A DNA stretch of 64,000 nt from Minutocellus sp. GHC0000111 (GCA_977018835.1 OZ361259.1:1178001-1242000), one strand, 5' to 3'. Numbered from the stretch's first letter, positions 33,660 through 46,571 are shown. Numbers and translations are program-made. Notes: generated by a model from the letters alone, not told the origin.

Positions 33660-34406
33660 ATGATTCGTTCAAGAAATGCCATTGGCAGTCGTCTTTGTTC
33701 TCTGGTCGTAGTTAGATCAGCAGGTTTATCAGCTGCTGCTGCGGCCAGGGCGGTGTCTTGCCGGCACGGATTGCCCTGCTCTCATTCTTCGTATTCCTCG
33801 GCCTCGGCATCTGCACCATCGGCCTCTTGCCCAACGATTAGCCAATATCGGCAGTATAATGCCAGATCAGTTCGTTATTATTCGGTATCTACTTCTGCAT
33901 TAAAGTCGCCATTCAGTGGAGGCATTGGAGACAATCATTCAAGCAGCCCAAGCGAGGCACGTCGGAGCAATCGCAGGCGAAGGTTCATACCACGCAAGGC
34001 GGCGGTAGCATTGACTCCCAAGGCCAGAACCTTCTTCAAATCGTTGTTGGAAAATGTTACCTCTAACCAGAGTGACGGAGAGAGCAAGCAGTCAGACGAT
34101 GCAATCATTGGCATCCAGCTGACCTACAGCCAGTCCACGACGGGCGAACCTCGGATGGTATTTGGATTTTCGTTCCTTCGGGCTTCGGCCCTCCATCCCA
34201 ATGACGAGGCGGTATCGTTGGAAGTATTGGAGGATGGTGAGACTCCCAAGCCACCGGCTGAGGCATTGGAGGACGGTCTGCCAAAGCTATATGTGCATCA
34301 TGATGCAGTATTGAAGGTGCTGGGTGCGACTTTGGATGTGGATCAGGAACGATTGGTGCCGATATTGTACGACGAGGAGGGCAACGTTATGGATCCGAAT
34401 GCTTAG
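33660..34406 (+). CDS. Cys-less HesB/IscA-like protein, copy 2 (intact)
   Basis: Core is nearly identical to 57-800; ATG at 33660 matches the copy 1 start. Confidence 0.65.
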   Translation: MIRSRNAIGSRLCSLVVVRSAGLSAAAAARAVSCRHGLPCSHSSYSSASASAPSASCPTISQYRQYNARSVRYYSVSTSALKSPFSGGIGDNHSSSPSEARRSNRRRRFIPRKAAVALTPKARTFFKSLLENVTSNQSDGESKQSDDAIIGIQLTYSQSTTGEPRMVFGFSFLRASALHPNDEAVSLEVLEDGETPKPPAEALEDGLPKLYVHHDAVLKVLGATLDVDQERLVPILYDEEGNVMDPNA

Positions 34407-34581
34407 ATTGATGAGCACATCGGTAAGGTCCTTCAAGCAATCATTACTCTCATAACCTCAAATAAAGTGTCGGGCGTTGTTTGCATTCTGTAAGTACGTC
34501 TCATCAGATCTTATTTGACATTGCGGTTTTTTGTTTATCATGTTAGAATGTGCAGTCATAAATCTCATCGTCACCCACCCT

Positions 34582-36024
34582 CTACTTCTTTTTGTAGCAC
34601 TTCGAATCATTCTTACTTGACTTGGAAGAATAACTGCTGAAGATTCTGCACCTTCCCGTTTCACTCTCCCAGTATACATCTATATCGTACGCTTTGCAGC
34701 TGCTACCTTCGTCAAGACACTTGTTCTGGCACCAGGCGCGACTTTTGTTGGACCATGTGGAGCGGACTGACCCGTTGCATTTTTTGTCTGAGTACTCGTC
34801 GAAGAGACAGTCGCCTCCATCGTATCCACATTCTGCTGAATTGTATTTGCCAGCACCACAGACACCATCATTTAGCCATCCACGGTTCTGAACAGTGCAA
34901 GTATTGGCAATGCGGGCGGTACAATCGCCTCCGTCCCAGGCGCAGGCTGCGGTATCATAATTTCCACCATTACAGAACCCGTCCGCAATCCATTCCGGAT
35001 GTTTGACGTTGCAGTCGGAAAATTTGGCTAAAAAACAATCTCCTCCGTCCCAACCGCACTCCATGGAGCTGTATTTACCCCCATTACAAAAGCCATCGCC
35101 AAACCATTCTGGATGAGAGACTTGACAATCAGGATAGATCGAACTCACGTCGACTTTGTGCTTTTTCGATTTCGACCCGAGACCAAGAGCTAGCCCGATA
35201 GTAATTGCGATGGCGATCACGACAAGAACGTTGTAGAGAAAAAGATTGCATTTGGATCTTTGCCCTACCTTCTTTTCGCGTACCTCTTGTGGAGACCTGG
35301 CTCGAGTCGCCATGATTGATTGGCTTGAGCCCGAATCCTCATCTGGAGCCGGATGGGTTGAAGACCCACGAAAGAATGATGGGACACGACGGACAGGAGC
35401 TGGCGCATCTGTATTCCGAAAATTATTGGTAGCAGGACGAACGGATATGTGTTGGGTAGAACTTGTCAGTGTATCATTCTCGTTCACTGTCGGTGAATTC
35501 TCTGAACGCTGGATGATGGAAGGAGTGACCTCAGCGCCTGTGGCGTCGGTAATGATTGGAACCACCGATGCTACAGGTAGGGCACGATCGGCATTGTCTA
35601 AACCGATAGGAAGAGCCACGCTATCGGAAATATAGTTGCCCACCTCATCATTGACTCCTTCCTTGAAGCCGGGTGGCTCAGGAGGGTGGCTGCTCTCAGG
35701 CGTGGGAGGAGCCGTGGTGGTATCGTCCTCTGTCGATGGATGCAGTGATGGCTCGAGCGGTGGGGCAGAGGGAGGGCATCCTAGATTGTCCATCGGCGGT
35801 GCGGACGGCTTCAAGTCGATGTCACTAACCTTCTCTTCGGCTGCCACGTTGGAATAGTCCGTTTTAAGGCCCATCTCCTCGTCTTTTCCCTTCCAGTCAT
35901 CCGATCCATCGTCGCTACAATTTTTGCTGCTTTCATCGGCGTCGTCACGTTTAGCATTTCTAAAGATAGTACCACCAAGAGATCTGGTACTATGAAGGCT
36001 TTCGTAGTCACCGTCGGGGTCCAT
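34582..36024 (-). CDS. Type II membrane protein with three LNR (Lin12/Notch)-like repeats and a PAN/apple-like C-terminal module
   Basis: Disordered N-terminus, TM VLVVIAIAITIGLALGLG, repeats [31 protein letters not shown], and WCQNKC...CKAY...CRIF...CY. Confidence 0.85.
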   Translation of the reverse strand: MDPDGDYESLHSTRSLGGTIFRNAKRDDADESSKNCSDDGSDDWKGKDEEMGLKTDYSNVAAEEKVSDIDLKPSAPPMDNLGCPPSAPPLEPSLHPSTEDDTTTAPPTPESSHPPEPPGFKEGVNDEVGNYISDSVALPIGLDNADRALPVASVVPIITDATGAEVTPSIIQRSENSPTVNENDTLTSSTQHISVRPATNNFRNTDAPAPVRRVPSFFRGSSTHPAPDEDSGSSQSIMATRARSPQEVREKKVGQRSKCNLFLYNVLVVIAIAITIGLALGLGSKSKKHKVDVSSIYPDCQVSHPEWFGDGFCNGGKYSSMECGWDGGDCFLAKFSDCNVKHPEWIADGFCNGGNYDTAACAWDGGDCTARIANTCTVQNRGWLNDGVCGAGKYNSAECGYDGGDCLFDEYSDKKCNGSVRSTWSNKSRAWCQNKCLDEGSSCKAYDIDVYWESETGRCRIFSSYSSKSSKNDSKCYKKK

Positions 36025-37139
36025 TATACCTAGCTAGCTAGAGAGTGTTGAAACATGATGTAAAATTACATGAGATACATAGGTAACTTGCATGCATCGG
36101 CTCGCATTATACTCACATTCTTCTGCAGGATACGCGTACCTAGGTACATGTCGACTCTGAGCACCGAGAGGCGGTGATCAATCCATCTCGGAGGAGCCAA
36201 AAGCGCAAAGATTTTACCTGAGATTAATCCTTGGTAAAAAATTGTCGGTCGTGCTGATGTCTTGCTCGCTGTGTCGATTCGATTCGTACTCGTACTATTT
36301 GAATTGTTGTTGGCTACAATTCGGCACCGAAGCACCGAAGTGTGGAGAAGAAGATGGAGTTCCGCCAGAGAAAGGCCAATGAGACATCTACCCTTCAAGC
36401 TTACATCACACCATTGGATTTTCATCAAACCAACTAACTCACCTTGTTGGTTGCAGTGTTCGTTCGTCTTGTGGGCCATCTTCGACCATCCTTTTCGTGA
36501 GCTTCGCATTGTATCTTGTTGGGGAGCGTTCGGTCGACGGTCGCCGACGAGCTGTCGAGATGACAAGACCCCGATATTTTAACAAGGGTACTCAATCTCG
36601 TCCTGCCGTTCTTCAGGAACCTTCAAACCCCAACTGGAGCGGTGAGGGCCGAGCCACCGCCGTTGCTTGGCTGGTTGTTTTGGGTCGGCAGACTGTGTTC
36701 AAGATACAATTGCACCGCTTTGGCTTCGTTTCTTTACTTTCTTTGTTTGGCCGATTGTCTTTGTGTCAGTTGGTTGCGCATGGACTCCCCACAAGCCGCT
36801 GCCTTGGTGGCCGGTGCAAATGCACCACCAACCACAACCATTCATTTCTGCTTGGTTCAAGTTGTCGAAAATTCGGCATCTAGTTTATTGGCAAGGATTC
36901 CATTGACTGCGATATAATATATGGCTCATCATTGGCGTGGCCTTGTGTTTTCTGAAACTCCCAAGGCGGATGACAGTGCAAAGATAGCCCAACACAAAAT
37001 CGGGCCTCCCTCGGGGCGGGAGAGACTGTGGCGAACCCAAGACAGCTTGTGGTCTTCCGGCCGGATTATCTCTAATTACGTATTGGCCAAATCAGTACCT
37101 AGCGGGGCCAACCAATATAGGCTATGGCTGGGGTAAAGG

Positions 37140-37746
37140 TATCTGCCCAACACGAATTGCCCTTCCAACCTCATTCTTCGCCGTTCTTGCCATCGGCATC
37201 TGCGGCCAGCTTCTTGTTCATCACTTGGTCGTGACCATTATTGGTAGTACAGCACACACAGAGTTCGCTTCTTATTTGGCATCTGTTTATATTTAATCAT
37301 CGCGCTGGCATCAGAGATGATCAATCGAGCACCCAAGGCAAGGCACGTCGAGACAATCAAAGGCGAAGGTCGCACTACGCAAGGCGGACGGAGCCTTCAA
37401 GTCATTGATGGATACATGGAATGTTTTTACAGCTAAGCAAAGTGACGAGAATAGGAATCAATCCAGCTAACCTACAGCTGATCCACGACCGGCGAGCCTC
37501 GGATTTGGTTTGGATTTTCGTTGCTTCGAGCCTCTGCCCTTCATCCCAATAACGAGGCTGGACACATTAGAGTATGGTGAAACACCCAAGCCACCTGCTG
37601 ATGCATTGGAGGATGGTCTGCCGAAGCTGTACGTGCATCACGATGCTGTGCTCAAGGTACTGGGCGCGACGTTGGATGTTGATGAGGAGCGGTTGGTGCC
37701 GATACTGCACGACAAGGAGGGCAACGTTATGGATCCGAATACTTAG
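37140..37746 (+). pseudogene. Degenerate third copy of the IscA/HesB-like gene
   Basis: The 3' end is intact (GETPKPPADALEDGLPKLYVHHDAVLKVLGATLDVDEERLVPILHDKEGNVMDPNT). The 5' part aligns with indels and a stop. Confidence 0.85.
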
Positions 37747-37935
37747 CTTCGTTTGAGAGCCCTTTATTTCAGCGGACAACCTAAAGTTTTCGTCAAAAGC
37801 CAAGAGTGTGAGTGCCGCCTAACGCTCTCCTCTTTTCGAATGGATTTATTTTATCAATACATGTCGCAATCGGAAACTCCGAGGTGTACCGTAACCATGT
37901 ATTTCTCCCACACCTGTTGGCGTCCCGATCAATAA

Positions 37936-40900
37936 CTACTTTTTCTGGTAACATTTGGAATCGTATTTATAAGAACTGGAAGAGTACCTGCTGAAGATCC
38001 TGCACCTTCCCGTTTCACCTTCCGAATAGGTGCCTATATCGTAAGCTTTGCAGCTGCTTCCTTCGTCAAGGCATTTGTTCTGGCACCAGGCGCGACTTTT
38101 GTTGGACCACGTGGAGCGGACAGATCCGTTGCATTTGTTGTTGTTCCTTTCGAAGAGACAGTCGCCTCCATCCCATCCGCACTTGGCCATATTGAGGCTG
38201 TCAAAGCAGTAGCCATCGTTCATTCCAGCCACACGCCCATTGTCTTCCCGACAATTGGGATACCTCCTAAGCAAATCCTTGATATGGTCCATGCTTAAAT
38301 TTGTGCAGTCCCCCCCATCAAAACCACACTCTACGACGTCGGCCTTCGACCCAGCGTTACATAGGCCATTACCCAAGCCGTCTGGGTAGTCGATGTGGCA
38401 GTCGGGCCATTCGGCAATCAGGCAGTCTCCTCCATCCCAGCCGCACTCCTCAGTATTGTACCGACCACCGTCACAATCTTCATCTCCAAGATAATAGGGA
38501 GTTTCAACTTCGCAGTTGGGGTACTGCCGATTGAAGTCTACGCAATCTCCACCATCCCAGCCACACTTCTCGGTGTTGTATTGCCCTCCGTCGCATGCGT
38601 CGTCGCCAATATAGTCTGGATCGTCGACGTTACAGTCAGGGTAGCCTTGAACGATGCAGTCGCCTCCGTCGTGGCCACAAACTTCGCGATCGTACAATCC
38701 ACCATCGCAAATTCCATCACCAATCCAACTCAAATCCATGCCATCAAAGTAGCATCCGGGATAATTGTTGAGAATTGATTTAAGATTGTTGACATCAATA
38801 TTTGGACTGCAATCACCGAGATCGAAGCCGCACTCCACTGTATCAGCTTTTGATCCCTTGTGGCACTGACCATTTCCGAGACCACCGGGGTTATCAACGT
38901 GGCAGTCGGGCCAACCAGGAACGACACAATCTCCGCCGTCCCAGCCACAGTCTTCAGTGTTGTACTGGCCACCGTTGCAATTTCCATCCCCAACTATTTC
39001 CGGGCTCGTAACTTGACAGTCGGGGTATCCCTCGACGCAGTCGCCTCCGTCCCAGCCACAGTCTTCGGTGCTGTACTGGCCGCCGTCGCAGTAGCCATAA
39101 TCCCAACCATCTGCAGCATCGGGATTGTCCGCGCAGCCTGGCACGGGCTCGTCCCACGTGCGTTGGTAACAAACCAAACCGCAGGCACAATCGTTGTCAC
39201 TGAGGTTTTGCGAATGAGTTGAATAAACGGATGGTAATGGTGAGAGTCAAGTAGAGGTGATAGATATACAAACAAGAAAAGCTTTCCTTTAAACGGCACT
39301 CACTTATCGCAATCGCCCTGGCAATGCCCATATACTCCCTCTGGATTGTCGTTGCCCCTGCTGTCATCTAGAGGAATAACGGGAAGGTTCATGCTCTTTG
39401 CCAAACATCTCTGCTCGGCAGAAGCGTAAGTCATCCTCTCGCCGTGGTACTCGTAGGCACGAAGAGCCTCCTCGACAGAGCGCTCAATGCTCTGGTCACA
39501 GCAGGCCTCACTCGCTGCAGCCAATTTGGGGTCAGCGCACATGACACCCTCCCAGTCACGGTAACGCCGAGCAATCTGCTTGCCACCCTCGTAGAAGGCT
39601 TGGTGGACGCATCGCGGTGGGACATACTCGTAGAACACGTCGGGATTCGACTGGACTTGAACCACTCTCACGGTGTCGACGACGCACTCGGCAGTACCTG
39701 ATGTACAGGATAGATGAGAAGTGAGCTCAACAAGTGGGCTGAAGGTACCACTTCCATCGTTGAGAGTGGCAAAGAGATCGCCGGTGGGATCCAGAACCAT
39801 CCGTTTAATGTTGTAGAGTTCCCCGTAGCGAAGATTAGGGTGATCCACCATCAGCTCTGGAAGAGGATCGGCGCCAAGGAGACGATACTTGGCGCCGGGG
39901 CGAAGGAACATCTTGTCGGGCACGTCGACGCAGAGAGGGTAGTTATCACCGATGTATCCTCCAGTGAGATCGGACTTGGGGAACCGATCACGCCAGCGCT
40001 CATCGATGTAGAGCGGATCGAGTCGGTTGCGGCTGCCACCGGTAGTGTCGTCCTCGTAGTTGCCACGAGGGTCGTGGCGTTGAAAGCCCGTCCAAGCTCG
40101 CGCAAAGGACATGATATCCTCATTCGTGTAGGTCTCGATGAGCGTGCCACTCTCGCCTCGCTTCGGGGTACCGTCCTCATCGAGGGCAAGAAGGCCGATG
40201 GTAAACAGCTGCATGACCTCACGTGCAAAGTTTTCGTCAGGACTAATGATGCGACCGTTGTCGTCTTCGTAGACATAGCCATGCGACTTTGAGGCCAGGT
40301 AGGTCAGATGCTCTGCCATGAGGGGCGAGAAGGAAGATTCCTTGAGGACATCGCGGTAATTGCCGAAGGCATTGCGTACCATGATGTCGTAGTAATTCAC
40401 TGAAATGTCGAGAGAGGAAAGCAGGAAATGGAAAAAAGAAGAGACAATAGGTGAGCGTGGTTGTCGGCATGTTGGCAAAGCAAGAACTTTATGAGGCACA
40501 CAGGATAAAATAGACTCACGGTACACTTCGGTGAGATCGTAGGCATCGATATTGCCCTCAACCACCGTGACGATCTGCGACAAGGCCCAAGCCATACGTT
40601 GACGCAGCTGATCTGCTGAGTTCAGGGCAATCATCGTCCAGACCTTGGTTTTCTGTTGATGCATGTAGTCATCGTACGTGGTATCTTCATTTGGATTCTC
40701 CGAGTCGTAGAGGGCACCGTTGACTGGATCATTGGCGACCTCTCCGGGCGAACCACATACCAAGGTAGCACCGGCTGTAGAGAAGTCGGGCGAAGCATCG
40801 TAATTCTGAGCGACGGCAGGTAGCTTGATGTTATTATCCAAATCGCGGAAGGAGACATAGTCAAGGAACCGAACAAAGGATCCCTGCTTGAGAGAGGTCC

Positions 40901-43900
40901 ACTTGGGAGCTACACCGTGATTGTTCCATCGTGACATTCCATGCTCCTGAATGAGCCCACCGAGGACACCGGGATGATTTTTGGGGAAAATTAGATGCCA
41001 TCCAGCATGATTGGTGAGATCTTCGGCCCACTTGGTAATCTTCTGTGCTCCGCCAGGATGGGGTTCAACCCAACCGGTTGCATCGTACACGTTGTAAAGG
41101 TGTGGATGGACCTGGGTCATGCACGTGTCACCAACTTGGATCTGGATCGGCTCCGGATCCTGCTTGTTGATAGGCCAGCCATAATCACAAACCATAGACG
41201 ACGGCTTCCTCACGTCCACAAGGAGTGGGTTGTCCGTGTCCGATGCCCCTGAGAGCATAGAGGTGATGGCATCGGCAGTGCCCTGGCTGAACGGCGTTGG
41301 GGCAGTACAATTTGTGGCGTTCTTCATCCAACGGGTATAATCATCGGAAGTGACAGACGACGAGCAGATGGCCTGATTATCTTGCAAGTCCAAGCCCAAA
41401 ATAGCGTAGACATATCTACCCGTGAGCTCAAAGAAGGACTTGATGTTGGTCTCATCAAGGAGGATGGGAATGTCAGGAGCTGTCTCGCCGGCCTGGCAGG
41501 CATCAAGCTCGGTGGAAAGGACACAATGCTCCTCATTGAGGAAGTTTCGAGGAACATTAGAGCAGCGAGTATTGTCAGTGTAACGCTGGACCTCGCCACC
41601 GCCATCAGGAATGGGATTCTCAACAGTATTTTCTTCCAGAATCAACTGAGGCGTCCACTGCAAATACGTGCCATCACTGAGCTTGGCAAAGACCGGCTTG
41701 TTCCCCTCCTCGGCCGAGGTAGGCACATTCATGCACATGGTTGGATCGTCGATGCCAGTAGTAAGCTGAAAGTCGAAGCCGTTCAGTGCTTTGTAGATAT
41801 CCTGTTCATCATTGACGCCTGAGGTCCAAGCTTGATCATCCAAATTGGGAAGACCAGTGAATAGAACATCGGGCACATGGTCCTCATGTCCCGACCAATC
41901 GACCATTGGGTTGAGGACGGAAATAATTTCTGCATTACCGCAGTATGTCTCCCCAACCTTGCGCACACGGACTCGGCCTTCCACCTGCGCCTCGATCGGA
42001 GTGATGGGATAGTCACAGAACTCGTAGGCCGTCTTGTTGTTGAAGTCGGAGTAGATGATGCCATCACTGTTGCTGTTGGTCTCAAATCCCTCGGTGTAGT
42101 AGACACGATCATGGACGACGGTCCTATTGTGCCCGTCTACGTTGATGATGGTAGCCTTTGCCTTGCCCACACGAAGATGATCAAGTTTCGCACCATAATA
42201 GAGCGTGTTGCGAACATGGACCTTGTTCTCACCGGCATCCAAATCGTAGTAATAGTACGGAGTGTATCGCCAATCATTGCTGCCGTAGGAGTAGCCAGTG
42301 TTGAAGATCTGGGCCTGAGCTCCGCCAGCAGTCGAATTAACGGTGACCTCGAGGTCAATGTCTTGAAGCCAGCTGATATCCTGAGAGTAGCGAATGGACA
42401 GGGGATAGTTGCCAGCCGACGGTACAGTAATGGTAAATTCCACCCAGGAATGTTCTTCTCCATACTTCCAGTCACGGTAATGAGTCAAATAATTCCACCC
42501 AGTGTGACCAGACGAAGGAGTCTCATCGATGAAGTAACCGGGGTTGGCATTGGTAGGGTCTGCCACCGTCGTAGCGTTGGGATCGTAGCAAAAATCGGTG
42601 GAGCGTCGCCCCCATCCATAGCAACCTAGAACGGATTGCACATCGTTTCGCTGGAAGCACTCCAGCGATCCGGCACAGTCAGTGTCGGCGTCACAATCTC
42701 TGTTTGATTGGAAACATTCGAGGTAAGAAGAGGAAGTGAGATGCATGAAGTTCGATTATGGACGGAAATTAAAAAATATATATAATACAATGTCTCTCAG
42801 TCGCCACTCACCCTTCACAGAGACCATAGTAGCCGGGGCCATAGGTGTCCACCAAATTATTTCCGATATCCCTCAGACGGGGAACGTCTACGCCGGAAGG
42901 AGGCATTAGGAGATCCTCGGCCTCGTAAATATCAGGATCGGGACGATCCTTCTCCGACTCGGGTGTGTAGAAATAAATGGTACGGTAGACACCGTTCATC
43001 ATGTTGCGACGATCGTGACGGTTGAAGGAATACTTCCTCCAGCGGCTGTCGGGATCGCACGGATGGTCCGTCCGACCGACTTGGGAGCTGTGAGTCACTT
43101 TGGGGTTGGTACGGGCTCGCCAGTACTCCCGGTGGCTCGTCATGGCCGTCTTGGTCGTGTCCATCTGATCCTTGACGTAGTTGGCACGGTGAAGGGCAGG
43201 ATTGGAGGTCCAGTCGGCGACATCAAGGACGTTGAGGTCGTCGGTGGTGACGCCAAAGGTATTTTGGTCCAGGAATCTTGCCACCTCATTTCTCTGGCTG
43301 ACGCTACGGGCATACGAAGTCAAGACGAAGCGAGAATTGGCACCGGGAGCTGGAAGAGAAATCGTACACTTGGACGTGACGTCGGAGCAGACGAGAGATC
43401 CCGGAGAAGCAAAGATGGAAGCGGCCTTTCCTCCAGCGGCCGACTCCCACTTCCTACCATTGTAGGACCGAGCGACGGGGATGATCTGAGCGTCTTCTCC
43501 AGAAGAGACATCTGTCTGAACCTCAGTGAGAGCACAGAGAGTATCAGCGGAGGACAGAGTCACTTCGAGAGTACCCCCTGGGCCAGGTTGACGTCGGTGG
43601 GAGTATTGTGGTCGATGTTGCCGCAGTCCATCGAGAGAACGGACGACGTGGGAGGGTGGGACAGCGAGGGACTCGGCGAAGGCGCATCAGTAGGAGCCTT
43701 GGTAGGACTGGACGTTGGGCTCGACGAGGGAACCTCGGTAATCTCGACGCACGTCACTCCGTCTCCTGTAAATCCAGTATTGCAGGAACACGTGTAGTGA
43801 ATAGGGGTGTCGAAACAGGTAGCGTTGCCATGGCAGTTGTGATTGCCAGTAGCACATTCGTCTTGATTCTGTTCGCAGGTCGGCCCGAAGTATCCAGTTC

Positions 43901-46571
43901 CGTCGCAGTTGCAACTGAACTCGTCGACTCCATCTGTACAGACGCCATTATTCTTGCATCTTGGCTCATTATTCTCGTCAACACAGTCATCGATATCGAT
44001 CTCGCACCACGTTCCAGCATACCCGGCCGGGCAGCTGCAGGTTTAGTTGTTGATGCCATCGACACAGATGGACCCATTCGCACAGAGGTTGCCGGGACAG
44101 TCATCGATGTTGGTACAAACGGTGCCGTCGCCGGAAAAGCCAGTATTGCACACACAGTCATGAGAGCCTTCGGTGTTGGTACACAACGCGTTGGGATCAC
44201 AGTCGTTAGTGCCCTGGCACTCGTCAATGTCGGTACATCCAGTTCCACCGGCGGTAATATTCCTGCCGTCACCGCTGTATCCCTCAGGGCACTGGCAGGA
44301 ATGTCCGGGGATGGTGTTGGTGCAGATGGCGTTGGCGTCGCAGTCATGAGCGGCGGTGGCGCACTCATCGATATCGGAACACACCTTGCCATCTCCCTCG
44401 TACCCAGCCTTGCATGTGCACGTGTACGACCCGACGGGCTCGTTGGCGCACACAGCGTCCATGTGGCAGAGGGTGGGATTGTCCGTGCACTCGTTCACAT
44501 CCTCGGCACAGGTGGGTCCGGTCCAGTGCAGCTGTCCGTTGGTGGAGGGGCAGACACAGGTGTAGTTGCCAGGTCCAGGCTCCTCCTGGCATTCGCCACC
44601 GTTGTCGCAGGGGTTGGGGTTGCAGTCATCGGCCGCCACGGGAGAGGCCGTGGGCGAAGCCGACGGTGAGGACTCGGGCGAGGCGGTGGGAAGGGGCGTG
44701 GATGGACTGGCCGACGGGGATGCCTCGGGACTCGTGGTGGGGAAGTTGGTAGGTCCTGGCATTGGGCTGGCCGAGGGCGAGGACTCGGGACTTGCAGTGG
44801 GAGAATCGGTCGGTCCTGGCGTCGGAGTGCCTGTTGGCCCAGGGGTTGGTCCTGGAGTTGGCGAGCCTGATGTTATCGTGATATATCATATAATCAATTA
44901 AGAAGGAGAAGAAGAATAGGGCAGAACGCACGATGCAGTCCCAAAATGCGCACTGTCCCAGTTCGCGAACTGGGATCCCAGTTTGCGAACTAGGATTTAT
45001 TTATCCCAGTTTGGAAACTGGGATCATAGGCACAATCTCAGTTTGCAAACTGGGATCAATCGAGAAATAATGCATGGATGATATCGCCTTTGCTTCTCCT
45101 CGCTTCATTTTTTCATAGTGAAGCAACACAGCCCAAACCTGGTCCAGACGTCCAGACGACATTAGTGCCGGAGCTGATACTCAATAAATTGGCATTAGCT
45201 GATACTAAATACATATAGTGAATAAATAATAATATCTAGCTAGCTGCTTCTGGCAAATATAAGTCATGAACTGTACATGCATCTGTGCTATGCCGGCATC
45301 ATGTTGCTACTGTACCAGTACATGTAGCTTGCAAATTCAAGATATGATGCACAGTGCAACTTGTATTGTAGATAGATCTACCAGTACATAATCATTGTGC
45401 ATGAGCCAACACCGGCAGTTACCATTCTGACACTTGCCGAGAATGCCAGTTTCCAAACTGGTATTCATTTTTGTTCCAGTTCGCGAACTCGTCTGGTTCC
45501 CAAATTCGGATTGGCGTGTTTATCTCAGTTTCCATTCTGGTAGTATCAGTGCGCAAACTGAGATCCTAGTTTGGGAACTGGGGCCCAGTGCGCAAACTGG
45601 GATAAATGAATCTCAGTTCGCAAACTGGGATCCCAGTTCGCGAACTGGGACAGTGCGCATTTTGGGACTAACATACACATGCATCGCATAAGACCAGATG
45701 TATGCACCTAAGAATTCCAAATGAAGACATATGCATGCATGGCATGCAGAAACAGCATTTCAAGCAACTCACCGGTCGGGCCCTTGCTGGGCCGGGCACT
45801 GGGAGCATCCGTGGTCGGTGCACCTGTTGGTCCCTTGGTGGGAGATTCCGTGGGCATCCCCGTCGGGGCCTCCGTGCACGGTGCCTCGGAGCACTGCCCG
45901 TGGGTGGGCGTCTGCGTCACCACGTTGCACTTGGACCCCTTGCCGCCGCAGTCGGCGTCGGTGGTGCACACTCCGAAGGGAGACTTGGAGCACGTGACCG
46001 TGGTGGTCGTGCCGACGGTGCCGCAGTCGGACGTTGCGCCGGGTGGTCCGGCGCAGGACTGGCCGGCGTTGGTGCCGGATGTGCAGGCGTAGCACTGATC
46101 CGTGGGGGGTTCGACCGGCGCTGGGGTGGTCGGAGCCGCGACTGGAGCGGGAGTGGTCGGATTAGCAACTGGCGCGGGCATCGTCGGCGGAGGTCCCGAG
46201 ACCGGCGCCGGCGTGGAAGGCGGGTTCTTCTTGTTGTTGCCTCCGCCGCCTCCGCCGCGCTGCAGATGGCGCTCGTCAGGATGCTGCTGATGACGCTGAT
46301 CGGGATGCAAGAGATCCAGATCCTGGCACGTCTTGTCGGCAGCGCTAGCGGTGTCCTCATGGGTCATTTCCACGGCGGCCGCATGGACGAGGCCTAGGCC
46401 CAGTCCAAGACTTAGATGACCGGTACCGGTGGCGCTACCGGTTGACGACGACGAGGAGGAAGACGTCAGGGCCAGAAAGGCCAGGAGGCCGACGTTGACC
46501 GTGCCGGAGAGGCGGTGGAACCGGCGGGAGCGGCCCGGGAAGGATGCCGACTTCGACGAGGCGGCGGTCAT
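37936..46571 (-). CDS. Giant secreted mosaic gene: PT stalks, Ca-binding EGF repeats, CBM6/35-like module, DUF1800-like region, LNR repeats, PAN-like end; join(37936..39199,39304..40399,40520..42699,42812..44866,45773..46571), disrupted by TAA at 44043-44045 and a frameshift at the C5 run 43574-43578
   Basis: Four GT-AG introns keep the frame. EGF: DVNEC/DIDEC. DUF1800-like: [55 protein letters not shown]. About seven [12 protein letters not shown] repeats. ERHLQ RxL motif. Confidence 0.75.
44937..45669. mobile_element. Non-autonomous foldback/MITE element within intron 1
   Basis: 55-bp perfect TIR AGTCCCAAAATGCGCACTGTCCCAGTTCGCGAACTGGGATCCCAGTTTGCGAACT, imperfect to ~77 bp, with subterminal palindromic CCCAGTTnnnnAACTGGG units. 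No coding capacity. Confidence 0.9.

Noticed and set aside
36066..37136. ORFs between the LNR gene and the IscA pseudogene
   Set aside because: They are short with no recognisable motifs and are treated as intergenic.
44937..45669. CRISPR-like array of palindromic repeats
   Set aside because: The units are irregularly spaced, lack unique spacers and form terminal inverted arms. The context is eukaryotic with no cas genes.
37936..46571. True Notch receptor ortholog
   Set aside because: There is no TM, RAM or ankyrin region, and EGF and LNR are separated by DUF1800-like sequence.
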